Counted from the stretch's first letter, positions 35,132 through 45,612 are shown. The stretch: 46,165 bases of DNA from a virus (IMGVR_UViG_3300020045_003071:1-46165), one strand, 5' to 3'. Notes: generated by a model not told the origin, from the letters alone. A program made the numbers and translations.

Positions 35132-35160
35132 ATTATACAATATAAAGTTAATATTGTCAA
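35132..35160 (-). promoter_or_regulatory. Consensus leaderless promoter
   Basis: TTGACA-N17-TATAAT, ATG 6 nt downstream. Confidence 0.85.
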
Positions 35161-35197
35161 TTAGAAGTAACTAATGCGTAGTAACAAGTTACTACTT

Positions 35198-35389
35198 TTA
35201 CATCTTACGTAAAAATAAGAAAGCACCTATGCCAGTAGCAATAAGTGCGAGTAGTTTTAGAAACCATGTAATAGTCTTATATGCTCCTATAGAGTTAGTA
35301 TAAATCTCAACTAATGGTTCAACCTTAGCTGACAGAGCATCAATTTTTTGTATAAGTTCATCAATTTTATGATCATCTGTATGTGTCAT
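35198..35389 (-). CDS. Small coiled-coil plus C-terminal TM protein (holin/hemolysin-like)
   Basis: MTHTDDHKIDEL...WFLKLLALIATGIGAFLFLRKM. Confidence 0.65.
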   Translation of the reverse strand: MTHTDDHKIDELIQKIDALSAKVEPLVEIYTNSIGAYKTITWFLKLLALIATGIGAFLFLRKM

Positions 35390-35395
35390 TTCTAT

Positions 35396-35424
35396 ATTAT
35401 ACAACACTTTATAGTATTTGTCAA
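35396..35424 (-). promoter_or_regulatory. Consensus leaderless promoter
   Basis: TTGACA-N17-TATAAT, ATG 6 nt downstream. Confidence 0.85.
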
Positions 35425-35433
35425 TAGTGTTAT

Positions 35434-36111
35434 TTAGAAGAAGTTAAAGAATGAAGAATTAACTGTAGTAAAACCATTATTAATTCCATCTATTTCAGTT
35501 GAAGTTAAAGCTTTATTGAAGATAGCAACATCGTCAGTTCTCCCGTCCATGTACCATACAGAACTTCTACCAAGATAACCAAGATAGAATTGAGATACTG
35601 TTGCGACGAAAGTAGTAGCAGCTGTATTAGTATGAACATTATTTATCCAAATATCAACACTTGTTGATGAGTTTTGTATAACAACCCATTGGTACATTGT
35701 TGCTGTTGTTGCTGTAATTCCAGTATCAACATCACCTGCATCTGTATTATTATTACTTCTAAATACTATATGACTATCAGAACTTCTAACTTTAAAAGTA
35801 TAATAATGAACAGAACCATCAGAAAGTGAAAAAATAGTTCTATCTCCTGTTACAGAATCAAAAATACTCCAACCACTAAAACTACGAGGATACGAGGTTG
35901 CACTAAGTACACTGTTATTATTAAGTGAATTAGCTCCTGTAAAATCTGCACCATTATTAAATTTTGTTGCAGCGAAAGTAACTGAACCATTATTTGTTAA
36001 GTTATAATCTGTTCCTTGATCTTGATTATCGTTTACATCTTCCAATCTATAATATGCTACTAGACTTGCATCGTTATATAGAGGAGTTGAGAATAATTCT
36101 GTTGCTGCCAT
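35434..36111 (-). CDS. LamG/concanavalin A-like lectin-domain virion protein
   Basis: LVAYYRLE...NNG.V.F...KFNNGADF...MDG..DDVAIFNKALTSTEI. Confidence 0.85.
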   Translation of the reverse strand: MAATELFSTPLYNDASLVAYYRLEDVNDNQDQGTDYNLTNNGSVTFAATKFNNGADFTGANSLNNNSVLSATSYPRSFSGWSIFDSVTGDRTIFSLSDGSVHYYTFKVRSSDSHIVFRSNNNTDAGDVDTGITATTATMYQWVVIQNSSTSVDIWINNVHTNTAATTFVATVSQFYLGYLGRSSVWYMDGRTDDVAIFNKALTSTEIDGINNGFTTVNSSFFNFF

Positions 36112-36123
36112 ATATTTAGTTTA

Positions 36124-37512
36124 TCAGCAAGAAGCCACGCATCGCCATTTTGACGTTGCTGAATTATAAATAAATCCTACATCTAGTCTTGCTGTAGTTA
36201 CAGTAGTTGTTGGTAGAGCTACTGTTGATGCTTCAAATGATGCTCCCCAAGTTATTGCTCTTGCTGCTGTACCTGTTATCTGAATCCATAGTTTTTGTCC
36301 ATCTGTTGGTGTTCCTGTTAGATTAGTAGTGAAAGATGTAATATCTACAGTTTGTGCAGTTAGAGAGTAAATATCATAGTTATCTGTATTGATTGTAGGT
36401 GTTGCTGATGATGTTGTTGTACCTACTCTTGATGTAATACGCTTATTAGTAAGTGTACTTGTACTTGATACTGTAGGTACTACTACTCCTTCTACGGCTA
36501 TTACTCCTGCAGCACTTCTTGTAATAGAAGTGTCTGTGTTTCCCATATCAATCTGTGTGATTGTTTGAGTTCCTGTGAAAGTATTAGCAGCGTCAGTCCT
36601 AGCAAGATCTGCATCTGTTACAGCAGTATTAAGTTGTGCAAAAGTAGATATTATTGTGTTTGTGCCAAGAGAGATAGATTTATTTGTAAGTGTATCTGTT
36701 GTAGTAAGTCCTACTAGAGTTGTATCTAGGTTAGGAAGTGTATATTGTCTTTTTGTTCCAGAAGTAATACCAGATACCACAAATGCTGCTTGTTTTGTTT
36801 TGTCTGTAGAATCAACAACCTTAAACTCATCAGATTCTATAGCTCGTATAACTTTTGGATTAACTAGGATAATACCTGTTGTAAGATGTGATGTTACACA
36901 AATACCAAGTTCTAATGTGTAGTTAATACCAGTAGGACTTGTATTTTGTATACCACCAGAAACTGAATTACTAAGATAAAGAACATCACCTGCTGTAAAT
37001 CCAGAAGTATTTAAGTCATGAACCATTCCAAAAGTAGTAATGATGCCACTAGACCCATTAGTTATATCCATTGTTGCAATACCAATAGTCTTATATGACT
37101 TTGTATAATCATTAGCTTGAGCAAGTGCAACTGTTGGCAAAGAACCTGTTGAACTTAGAATATAAACAACCTGTCCATTACTAATGGTGCTTCCTGTATT
37201 ATTGGTTGCATATACACCATTCTCACGGCCAACCTGAATAGTATTATCACTTATACCAGTTCTAACGTTTAATGTTTTATCTGTACTGTTCCAATATAGT
37301 TCTCCTTCAACTGGTGTTCCTGTATATGTTGTATCAAGTTTTATTGAATTAACATTATTGATGGTTCCATCATCTTCAAGAGTCACCGTAGAATTCTGAA
37401 TTACTTTACCTGTAGTAGAATCAAATCTTGCTATAGCATTATCTGTTGATGATGCTGGACCTACTACGTCACCTAATCCACTACCTGTACCATAATTAGA
37501 TATATATAACAT
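36124..37512 (-). CDS. Fibre-like structural protein
   Basis: GDVVGPASSTDNAIARFD.TTGK, N.TG.TI..G.VVY and TLTNK repeats; C-terminal GTPTDGQKL...RAITW domain. Confidence 0.75.
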   Translation of the reverse strand: MLYISNYGTGSGLGDVVGPASSTDNAIARFDSTTGKVIQNSTVTLEDDGTINNVNSIKLDTTYTGTPVEGELYWNSTDKTLNVRTGISDNTIQVGRENGVYATNNTGSTISNGQVVYILSSTGSLPTVALAQANDYTKSYKTIGIATMDITNGSSGIITTFGMVHDLNTSGFTAGDVLYLSNSVSGGIQNTSPTGINYTLELGICVTSHLTTGIILVNPKVIRAIESDEFKVVDSTDKTKQAAFVVSGITSGTKRQYTLPNLDTTLVGLTTTDTLTNKSISLGTNTIISTFAQLNTAVTDADLARTDAANTFTGTQTITQIDMGNTDTSITRSAAGVIAVEGVVVPTVSSTSTLTNKRITSRVGTTTSSATPTINTDNYDIYSLTAQTVDITSFTTNLTGTPTDGQKLWIQITGTAARAITWGASFEASTVALPTTTVTTARLDVGFIYNSATSKWRCVASC

Positions 37513-37513
37513 A

Positions 37514-38146
37514 TTATTTCTTAGTATTAAGTTGTTTAACTACCTCATTATATTTCATCTCAGCGAGTTTCTCGCGACCAATAACCGCTATCTCACGAGC
37601 ATCAATCTCACGAGTACGTTCATAGTTTGTCTTTCTCTCTATATCAATAACAGTAGATAACTCTGTAGTTATTGACTTTACTCTATTAGCTTCATCTGCA
37701 ATCGTTAATGATGCTGATTCAACTCTTCCTGTAAATACACCAAGTTGATTACCCATAGATTTAATTTGAGTAGTAGTATCTTCTGTAGCAACTTGTATAG
37801 ACTTAATTAATACTCCAAGAGTAACAAGAGTGTTGTTCTTTTCGTCTAAGTCTTTAGTCATCATGTCTCTCTTAGTCTTAAGAGTTTCAATCTCTTCTAC
37901 AAGAGTAGCGTGTTCTAGTTTAAGAGAGTTAACCTTCTCAGCTTGTTCAAAACCTAGCTGTGAAGCATTAGCGTTCATCTCATCAATTCCTTTCTGTAAT
38001 GAAGCATTAATCTCTGAGATGTCTTGATTAGATTTTAAAAGCTGTTCTTTCTCATGAGTAAGTAACCCAACCTCTAGTGTTAGTGAGTCTCTCTTGTGTG
38101 TAAAGTTCTCCACGAACAGTATTTGGTCAGGTGTATACTCAATCAT
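37514..38146 (-). CDS. Long coiled-coil protein
   Basis: Continuous heptads. Confidence 0.75.
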   Translation of the reverse strand: MIEYTPDQILFVENFTHKRDSLTLEVGLLTHEKEQLLKSNQDISEINASLQKGIDEMNANASQLGFEQAEKVNSLKLEHATLVEEIETLKTKRDMMTKDLDEKNNTLVTLGVLIKSIQVATEDTTTQIKSMGNQLGVFTGRVESASLTIADEANRVKSITTELSTVIDIERKTNYERTREIDAREIAVIGREKLAEMKYNEVVKQLNTKK

Positions 38147-38487
38147 TATAGTGTTGCGTTTATGTAAGAATAGTCAATCATTCCAGTACATGAGATAGCT
38201 GCAGAAAGTGTTACTGTGAATGCTTCACCAGTCTTACACTCCCATCTACCTTGACCATCCATACCAGGAGCATCATCCATAGAAAATGTCATGTACTGTT
38301 TTAAATCAAACTCACCAACTGTACGTGCTCCACATTTAATAGTAGCTGTTACATCAGCAGATGGTATAATTACTAAACCATGAATCATCATATTTGTACC
38401 AGAAGGAGCTGCTACAAGTGTGTTGACACCTGAAGTAGAAAAACGTAATCCTGCGTGCTTTAATTCACCGTGTGCTTGCCATAACAT
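38146..38487 (-). CDS. Small beta-sandwich virion protein
   Basis: ORF track; start reset to the ATG at 38487 behind the promoter. Confidence 0.7.
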   Translation of the reverse strand: MLWQAHGELKHAGLRFSTSGVNTLVAAPSGTNMMIHGLVIIPSADVTATIKCGARTVGEFDLKQYMTFSMDDAPGMDGQGRWECKTGEAFTVTLSAAISCTGMIDYSYINATL

Positions 38488-38496
38488 AATGTTATT

Positions 38497-38525
38497 ATTA
38501 TACAATAAAAACTAATAATTGTCAA
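38497..38525 (-). promoter_or_regulatory. Consensus promoter
   Basis: TTGACA-N17-TATAAT, ATG 9 nt downstream. Confidence 0.85.
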
Positions 38526-38565
38526 TCTACTCTTTAATTTTCTAACACCATTTTAAGTTAATGGA

Positions 38566-38742
38566 TTAATTAATTAAGGTATATTCCTCGTTACTTTCTT
38601 CTCCTTGTACAAATCTTTCTGTACAAGTTTCTACATCTTCGTTAACGTAACTCACAGCAAAGTAAGTTACCTCGTCTTCTACATAGTTAACTGAACCATT
38701 TAATGAGTATTCTTTTTGAGTTGTTTTATTTTTTATTTTCAT
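38566..38742 (-). CDS. Small acidic protein (possible fibre chaperone)
   Basis: MKIKNKTTQKEY...; starts 1 nt after the upstream stop. Confidence 0.6.
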   Translation of the reverse strand: MKIKNKTTQKEYSLNGSVNYVEDEVTYFAVSYVNEDVETCTERFVQGEESNEEYTLIN

Positions 38743-38743
38743 A

Positions 38744-41275
38744 CTATGACCATGATTTAATAGCAACATATCCAGCAGTAACCCCAACACCTGCGGTTGA
38801 TACTCTGGCTCGTAAGAATGTACTTGATAAGTTATTTACTGTGAGCTGAACTGTTGATGATGCAACTGCTGTAAGTGGTGTACCTACTGCGTACCAGTTT
38901 GAGTTGTCTTCACTTCCTTCAAGTTGTATATCTGGGGCTGTTGTTGTAATAGCTCCAACATTTACTATAAGTTGTACATTATTCCCTGCGCCCTGGAATA
39001 GTGTTGGTGTAACACTATTAAGAGTTGTAAGAACGATCGAACGATCTATAATTCTCTTCTGTGGCTCTGCATTTTGGAAAGGTAGAATATTTCTTGTAAT
39101 TGAGCGAGTAAATGATGGAGTTGTACCTGATATAGTTTGAACGTATCTTATGTTTCTTCCTACTGATTTTAGTACAGGTGAAAAGTAATGTCCTGTTGCT
39201 GTTATTCTTTGGAACTCATAAAGTGTTACCCAGTTTGTTCCACTATCAAATGACTCTTCAATTCTTATATCTAATGTAGGATTTGTACCAGATGCTACAG
39301 TAACAGGAATTACAACTTGAAAAGCGTTCCCTAAGTTGTTTGCGATAGATGCTGTTGTAGTAGTAGTAGTTATTGCAGCTGAAGCAATATCTGGAAGTCC
39401 AACGATTGCTTGGTGAATATACCAACCTCCAAGACCTGTTGTTGCTGAAATTGTAGCAGCAGTTGACTGAGTAACAGAAGCACCTAGTGTTGCACTTCCT
39501 GTAATAGATACTGGAACAGATGCATTTATGTCTGTTGTACTTCCCTGACCACCTGATATTTCAGTTGTTAAACGTGTATAATCTAGTAATCTAGCAAAGT
39601 GAATACGAAAATCTGTTCTCTTCATTATTGCTCCTCCTGTAGCAATTGACCCAAAATCTTCTCCTATACTTTGTAATTCTAATGTTGTTGTACTTACGCG
39701 AAGTACTTTATATGCTCCTTCATATCCAACTGCTGCAGCTGTTAGTCCGTATATATGTACTGTTTCTCCTGGGAGTGGTGTTGCCCATGTAGCTGAACCT
39801 ATTACTGTAAGAATATTAGATGTTCTTGAAATAGATTGTATAGCACCAGCATATACGTTACTTGATACAGATCCTTCGTTTTTAAACACAAAACCATCAA
39901 GTGATGATGTAGTTGTGGCTGTACCTATTATAATTGTAAATGTTGTAGATGTTGGTACTGTTCCTACTATTGTAGAAACTAAGTTAGGAAAGTTTGTTTG
40001 ATCACGAACACCTAATACCTGAACATAGTCTCCTGCAACTAAACCATGATCTGCATTTGTAGTTACTGTTGCTGTAGTTGTTCCTGTTTTAGCAATTGAT
40101 AGGATTGTTGCAACAGGTATAGAAAAGTTCTTTAAGTTCTTAGCTCTAATACGAATTTTATATTTTCCTGTTTCTTCTGGTACTGTTGATGAAAACTTTG
40201 TTAAACCTGACATTGTTGCAACTCCATCGGCTGCCCATGAACGATAAGTTATATCATCAAGAGAAAGTGTCATCTGCTGAATACCTGTAGGGTTAAATGA
40301 ATCAGAATACGGTGATGTGTTTGTTTGTGTTGCTGTTACTGATGCTGTAGTACCTGCTATATAACGAACAGCTGAACCATTACGTCTACTTGAAAGTGTA
40401 GATGTTGTTACAGTTGCTATTTCTCCCATAATACCAGCACCATTTAAAGCCCAATTAAGATGATCTGCACGTTTTATATATCCACCAACTGATGAATATG
40501 AGCCGTTAGCTAGTGTACAAGGTACTGTAAATGTATTTGCTGTTAAAACAGTAACTACTACTGGTCCAACGTTTAGACGTCTTTCAGGACAACCATAAAT
40601 TACAACTCTTTCACCTCCTTTATACCCATGATTTGTTAGGGTTACTGTAGCAACGTTAGTAGTTATTGAAATAGTAGCTCCTGTTATTGCTTTGTCTGCT
40701 ACTGGTGTAATAGTTTCTACTACATTATTTGAATCAATACCAACAAGTTCTATTGCTGTTTCTTGACCAATTATTCTTTGTGACTGTGATATACCAAAAG
40801 CTGCTCTTAAAGGAAATGTAAAATATTCTTTAGATGTAATAGATACTTCACTATCCTGTAGAAATGGTGAAAGTGACAATTTAAGATATGATGAACCTAA
40901 TGTATCTCCACCTTGTTCAACTAAATGTGAATCAGGATTAGATAAATCCCATACGGTTGGATTAGGTTGTGTTCCAGATATTGCAAAATTATCTCTAAAC
41001 TTTTTTTGTGCATTTCCTACAGTAGCTTTAAAATCAGAATATATTATAGTTAATTGATCTGTAGAACTCATCGCACTAGTATCATAGGCTAAAGTAATAG
41101 ACTCTGAATCAGATGTTACCATTCCTTTTCCAGTTATACTTTGACCATAAATAATAACATTAGTAGTCTGATTAATAATTGATAAAATTCTCCTAGCATC
41201 AAAGTCTAATATACCTGAAAATGTTATCTTTCCTGTTGATGGCACGAACACATAGTTTGTAAGTATTTGTTTCAT
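38744..41275 (-). CDS. Large Thr-rich fibre/spike protein with repeated small beta domains
   Basis: TVTLTNHGY..GE.V.I.G and TVTTNADHGL..GD.V.V.G repeats; two C-terminal jelly-roll-like units. Confidence 0.7.
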   Translation of the reverse strand: MKQILTNYVFVPSTGKITFSGILDFDARRILSIINQTTNVIIYGQSITGKGMVTSDSESITLAYDTSAMSSTDQLTIIYSDFKATVGNAQKKFRDNFAISGTQPNPTVWDLSNPDSHLVEQGGDTLGSSYLKLSLSPFLQDSEVSITSKEYFTFPLRAAFGISQSQRIIGQETAIELVGIDSNNVVETITPVADKAITGATISITTNVATVTLTNHGYKGGERVVIYGCPERRLNVGPVVVTVLTANTFTVPCTLANGSYSSVGGYIKRADHLNWALNGAGIMGEIATVTTSTLSSRRNGSAVRYIAGTTASVTATQTNTSPYSDSFNPTGIQQMTLSLDDITYRSWAADGVATMSGLTKFSSTVPEETGKYKIRIRAKNLKNFSIPVATILSIAKTGTTTATVTTNADHGLVAGDYVQVLGVRDQTNFPNLVSTIVGTVPTSTTFTIIIGTATTTSSLDGFVFKNEGSVSSNVYAGAIQSISRTSNILTVIGSATWATPLPGETVHIYGLTAAAVGYEGAYKVLRVSTTTLELQSIGEDFGSIATGGAIMKRTDFRIHFARLLDYTRLTTEISGGQGSTTDINASVPVSITGSATLGASVTQSTAATISATTGLGGWYIHQAIVGLPDIASAAITTTTTTASIANNLGNAFQVVIPVTVASGTNPTLDIRIEESFDSGTNWVTLYEFQRITATGHYFSPVLKSVGRNIRYVQTISGTTPSFTRSITRNILPFQNAEPQKRIIDRSIVLTTLNSVTPTLFQGAGNNVQLIVNVGAITTTAPDIQLEGSEDNSNWYAVGTPLTAVASSTVQLTVNNLSSTFLRARVSTAGVGVTAGYVAIKSWS

Positions 41276-41284
41276 ATAATAAGT

Positions 41285-41629
41285 TTACCCAAAAATAAGG
41301 GCATTAGCTACTGACATCCCAACAGCGTCAGATTGATTGTAAACATCTCCTGTAATCGTACCCCATGCACTTACTGGTCCAGTAGGACCTGTTGGCCCAG
41401 TAGGACCTATATCTCCTTTATTCGCTATAACTTGCCACTTAGTTGTATCGGTAGGCAGTGTTCCTGCTACTGCGTCAATAAACATTACATATGAAGAACC
41501 ATTATAATCTACAGAATCTCCTACAGAGTAGTCTGTACCTGCATTATAAGTACCTTTAGGTACAAGTCCCCCTGTGATTATGGTATTATTGATTGGGTCT
41601 ACTAGTTTTACTATTTTAAATGTTCCCAT
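41285..41629 (-). CDS. Protein with CBM5/12-like module and short collagen repeat
   Basis: GTYNAGTDYSVGDSVDYNGSSY...P....W; (GPT)n. Confidence 0.75.
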   Translation of the reverse strand: MGTFKIVKLVDPINNTIITGGLVPKGTYNAGTDYSVGDSVDYNGSSYVMFIDAVAGTLPTDTTKWQVIANKGDIGPTGPTGPTGPVSAWGTITGDVYNQSDAVGMSVANALIFG

Positions 41630-41630
41630 A

Positions 41631-41921
41631 TTATACGTAAGTTAATGATTCTCTATTATTGAATACCTGAGTAAATACTCCATAAGCTGCCCACTTGATA
41701 CTACCATTAGTAGTATCAATTTCCTGAATCTGCCACACAGAATCAGATGATGCAGAACCAATAGTTGCTACACCAACATAAATAATAGTTGCATCAGTAG
41801 ATTTTGTAGCATATCTTAAAGCATAGTCTCCTATTAAAGCATCCTGCTTTTCCTCTGTAGCAGGATTAATAGTCTGTCCTAATAGATTAGATACTTTAAC
41901 TATCGCTGATCTATCTGCCAT
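41631..41921 (-). CDS. Small virion protein
   Basis: YVG.A..G..SS..VWQI..I......KWA...R..LTY pattern. Confidence 0.7.
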   Translation of the reverse strand: MADRSAIVKVSNLLGQTINPATEEKQDALIGDYALRYATKSTDATIIYVGVATIGSASSDSVWQIQEIDTTNGSIKWAAYGVFTQVFNNRESLTYV

Positions 41922-41922
41922 A

Positions 41923-42762
41923 TTAGTTGTAAGGGACTCCTGCTAGATTATATTTTTCAATTATAAACTGCTCTCGTAGGAGGATTAGTTCTTTATTAGC
42001 TTGAAAAGCAAGCTTCTCACGATTGAATTCTTCTTTAGAAGCATTAAGAGCGTCTACTTCCGATGTAAGTGTAGATTTTATTTCTTCTATCTTAGTAATC
42101 TCTGTAGATAATGAATTAATAATATCATTAAGATTAGTTACATCAGCTTGTAGTGATACTACTTCACTGGAGAGTACTTCATTAGTTGCAGATACTTCTG
42201 AAAATTGAGTATCTAACTCCAAGTCTTCATTTCTCTTATCTACTAACTCTATTTCTAACTTAGCTATCTCTTCTTTAAGATTCTCTACAGTAACTGAGTT
42301 AGCGAGTGAATCAATAGATAATACTTGAATAAAGTCTTCTAGTTCTGACTTTCTAGCTTCTAATACAGAAACCTCAACATTAAGAGAACGAAGTTTCTTA
42401 CCTTCTACAAGTTCCAGCTTAGATATCTCTTTAGATTTAAGTTCTTTAGATAGTTCAATATCTTCTCCAAGTTCAAATAACTTAGTTTCTAATTCAAACT
42501 TGATACCTGCAAGAGATTTAATCTCTTCATCTAGTTTATTAAGTTGTTCGGTTTTTCCTAATAACTCAATTTCTGCTTGCTTAGTTTTATTAGTGAGGTC
42601 TTCAACAGCAAAATCTAACTGAGTGAGTACATCATTCAATTCTTTCTGCTTTGATTCTCTCTCAGTGTTAATTGACTCTAGTTCTAGCTTAGAACTATTG
42701 ATAGAACCTGCTAGTGAATCAACTTTAACTTGGTCTTTGTGTTGTACTCCAAGTTTAATCAT
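41923..42762 (-). CDS. Long acidic coiled-coil protein
   Basis: Continuous heptads over about 250 aa. Confidence 0.78.
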   Translation of the reverse strand: MIKLGVQHKDQVKVDSLAGSINSSKLELESINTERESKQKELNDVLTQLDFAVEDLTNKTKQAEIELLGKTEQLNKLDEEIKSLAGIKFELETKLFELGEDIELSKELKSKEISKLELVEGKKLRSLNVEVSVLEARKSELEDFIQVLSIDSLANSVTVENLKEEIAKLEIELVDKRNEDLELDTQFSEVSATNEVLSSEVVSLQADVTNLNDIINSLSTEITKIEEIKSTLTSEVDALNASKEEFNREKLAFQANKELILLREQFIIEKYNLAGVPYN

Positions 42763-42763
42763 A

Positions 42764-43165
42764 TTAAGCGATTGGTGTGAACACTGGATGTGCTCTCATT
42801 AAGATAGTATAGTTTCCTGCTGTATATGCTGTTACGTTAGCACTGATCCATCTCATACCGTCAGCATTAACTGTATACATGTTAGTACCATCTGTACCTG
42901 TAAATGCTACACCTAAGTTACCTGCAATAACTGAACCTGATTGTATATCTACTACAGCTGCATATACCCAAGGATTAGTTGGTGATGCTGCTGCTGAGAA
43001 ATCTGGTACAAGTTCTGAATCAGATACTGCAATTTTAATTGTTCCTGTAGGAGTTGATGCTCCTGAGACAGTAAGGTTAACTGTCTTGTAGTTTTCTACG
43101 TTGACTGCAGTACTGACTCCAGTAGCAGCCTGTGCACTCATGATTGTTTGTGTAATAGTACTCAT
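42764..43165 (-). CDS. Small beta-sandwich virion protein
   Basis: ORF track; Ala/Thr/Val-rich; follows MCP. Confidence 0.72.
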   Translation of the reverse strand: MSTITQTIMSAQAATGVSTAVNVENYKTVNLTVSGASTPTGTIKIAVSDSELVPDFSAAASPTNPWVYAAVVDIQSGSVIAGNLGVAFTGTDGTNMYTVNADGMRWISANVTAYTAGNYTILMRAHPVFTPIA

Positions 43166-43234
43166 ATTGATATTAATTAAGGCATTATTACCTTATCCCA
43201 ACCCACACATAATGTGGACTGAGTAAGGAAACGA

Positions 43235-44254
43235 TTACGCTCCAGTTGAGTAATACCATCCACGTAGATCATTAGCACCGAATTGACAGTAAAGTGTTGC
43301 TGTCATGATAAGGTCTAAGTTACCTACGAAGTCTTCACGAAGATCTGAGATTTCAAGTGGCATTGATTCAATGTACTGGAAACCAAAGTTTTCGTTAACC
43401 ATTGATGAGTCAAATCCGAACCATTGAACTGATGAAGTTCCTGAGCCACCATAGATAGCTAGAGGAATAATCTCAAATCCAGCTGTAGGATTACCATCAA
43501 CGAATGAACCTGTAGTACCTGGAGTAGCTCCTGGATACTTGCCTGATTCAAGAGTCTTCTTAATTGAACTAGCAAGGAAGAAAGCTGTTGAAGAGTCTTG
43601 GAACATGAATCTATCAAGTTTTGACATCAATGGAAGACCACGTCCGTCTTTCTTCTGTGCATGGAGACCACGCATAGCAAGAAGGTTTGCAAAACTGAAC
43701 ACACCAGTTGTAGTATTTGACCAGTTAGCACCTCCGTCTTCACGAGTGTGACTTGCTGACCAAAGAGCTACTGTATCTGCAGTTGTTGTATCAACAGTAA
43801 CTGACCCTTGGAATCCACCAATCGGTGTGAAAGAGAAAGAAGTTGAAGCACCATTAGCAAGAACAGACTGTGCATAGTAGTTCTTAAGATGAACGATTGA
43901 GTTCTTAAGGTTAAGAACTTGAGCTTTGATGTTTGCATCAATCTTAGCACCATTCTTAGATGTGAACAAGTAGTAGTAAGACTGCTTTGACAAACGTACA
44001 CGGTTAGTGAAGATTGCTTGTGTGAAAGTCTTAGTGTTTCCTTGAATAGGAGCATCTGAAGAAGGAATTTGACCATCAGCGATAACTTGACCCATAGCGA
44101 GTCCAGTAACACCTGTCATAACGTACTGGAGTTGATTCCAAGTAACTTTATTTGAATACTTTGAGTATTCCTCTACCACATCGGTTTCTACGATTGGATA
44201 GATTTTCTTAACGCGAGCGTCAAGGATTGTTGAATATGAAGCTGTAAGTGACAT
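43235..44254 (-). CDS. Major capsid protein (HK97 fold, Mu gpT-like)
   Basis: 339 aa after scaffold; D.VALWSASH, KKDGRG.P and FG..D.RG...S.G motifs. Confidence 0.85.
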   Translation of the reverse strand: MSLTASYSTILDARVKKIYPIVETDVVEEYSKYSNKVTWNQLQYVMTGVTGLAMGQVIADGQIPSSDAPIQGNTKTFTQAIFTNRVRLSKQSYYYLFTSKNGAKIDANIKAQVLNLKNSIVHLKNYYAQSVLANGASTSFSFTPIGGFQGSVTVDTTTADTVALWSASHTREDGGANWSNTTTGVFSFANLLAMRGLHAQKKDGRGLPLMSKLDRFMFQDSSTAFFLASSIKKTLESGKYPGATPGTTGSFVDGNPTAGFEIIPLAIYGGSGTSSVQWFGFDSSMVNENFGFQYIESMPLEISDLREDFVGNLDLIMTATLYCQFGANDLRGWYYSTGA

Positions 44255-44258
44255 ATAA

Positions 44259-44672
44259 TTATACTCTACGAGCGATTATTTTCTTGTCTGCTGCAGCTCC
44301 TACGACATCGAGCTGTACGAATACACCTGTAACACCTGCTACGTCAGTACCAGTATTGTTAAGTGAAAGACCATCAGTATAAAGAATCATTCTCTGTCCA
44401 TTATGAGCAGCGTTTGTGTTGTTTACTGTATCTACGATGAATTCGTCATCCTTAGAAACGATAGTAGCACTGAAAGGTGTTGTACTTGCAGTAGTAGTCT
44501 CGTTTGCCTTGTAAAGCACTTGGTTAGCAGTTGTAGCTGCTACCGCAAGCTGGATTGAACCAGTAGTGATTGAGTTGAAGTAAAGAGCATCTACTGTTGT
44601 AGCAATAGAACCTGCTCGTTTTACCGAACGCACATCACGTGTGTTTTTTGGGGTTATTAATTTAAAAGCCAT
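44259..44672 (-). CDS. Putative capsid decoration/cement protein
   Basis: MAFKL.. small beta protein between scaffold and MCP. Confidence 0.6.
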   Translation of the reverse strand: MAFKLITPKNTRDVRSVKRAGSIATTVDALYFNSITTGSIQLAVAATTANQVLYKANETTTASTTPFSATIVSKDDEFIVDTVNNTNAAHNGQRMILYTDGLSLNNTGTDVAGVTGVFVQLDVVGAAADKKIIARRV

Positions 44673-44748
44673 AAATATTTATTTATAATGCTTACTTTCG
44701 TAAGCTTTAATGTGGTTGATTGAAACCACCTTTGTAACAAGTTGTAAA

Positions 44749-45612
44749 CTAGTCCCAACCCATGTCTGAAGGAGACATACCTAGTTCTTTAAGTACAGCC
44801 GCTGTTTTCTCGTCTGACTTATTGACTATAGGAACGGATTGAGTGTTTGAGGTGACATTTAGAATATCACGTTTAGCAGATGATTCAGCAGCACGTTGTG
44901 CTCTGGTATCATTCTTAGGAAAGAGATAGTTTCTAGCTACATCCATAGCAATAAGCAAATCTTGTTTTGATGACTCTGGTGTTATATTCATTCGAGTTAC
45001 AACAAAGTTTTCGATTGCTTGCTTACTTTCTGGATTAGATGCAATCTCTTTATGAGATGAGTAGAACTCGTGAGTAGCTTGAATATGAGCATCTTGTGTA
45101 GCTTTAGTAGATACTAGGTTATTAACCATAGCTTCTACTTCTTCTTTCGACAAGTAGCCCATCTTTCGTAATGCTTCTTTCGCTAGTTCTTCTTCTGATT
45201 CAGGAGTAACTTGGGACTCGCTGGTTTCAATTCTCTGAGCTGGTTGTACAGGTTCAGGAGACTTATGATTTTTTGCTAGTTCAGTACGTAATCCCTTAAT
45301 GTGTTTCGCGAGTTCTGATTTCTCTTCAGGAGATTCAGCTTGAGCTTTAGCTTGTCCAGCATCAAAGATTTGTTTACGAAGATTAAACTGAATATCAGAT
45401 TCTCCTTCATATTTTGATGGTGGGTCAGAGATTTTAATCTCTGGTGTAGCTTCTGTCTTAACTGGTTCAGTAACAACTTCTTTAGTTTCTACTGGTACTA
45501 CTGGAGTTTCAGGCACACTAGGTGTTGCTGTAACTGGCTGGTCATTCCCTTCTGTTACGGTTGTAGCCTCTGGGAAGTTTAGAGACTCAACGTCAAATGT
45601 TTCTTGTTCCAT
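44749..45612 (-). CDS. Putative capsid scaffolding protein
   Basis: E/T/P-rich disordered N-terminus, helical core, C-terminal LKELGMS.SD; upstream of MCP. Confidence 0.72.
   Translation of the reverse strand: MEQETFDVESLNFPEATTVTEGNDQPVTATPSVPETPVVPVETKEVVTEPVKTEATPEIKISDPPSKYEGESDIQFNLRKQIFDAGQAKAQAESPEEKSELAKHIKGLRTELAKNHKSPEPVQPAQRIETSESQVTPESEEELAKEALRKMGYLSKEEVEAMVNNLVSTKATQDAHIQATHEFYSSHKEIASNPESKQAIENFVVTRMNITPESSKQDLLIAMDVARNYLFPKNDTRAQRAAESSAKRDILNVTSNTQSVPIVNKSDEKTAAVLKELGMSPSDMGWD

Noticed and set aside
139-45476. Opposite-strand or nested ORFs in the track (e.g. 139..441, 781..1038, 6396..6782, 11003..11392, 18892..19212, 24442..26395, 36575..36922, 43768..44112)
   Set aside because: They are shadows of well-supported genes, with no motifs and atypical composition.
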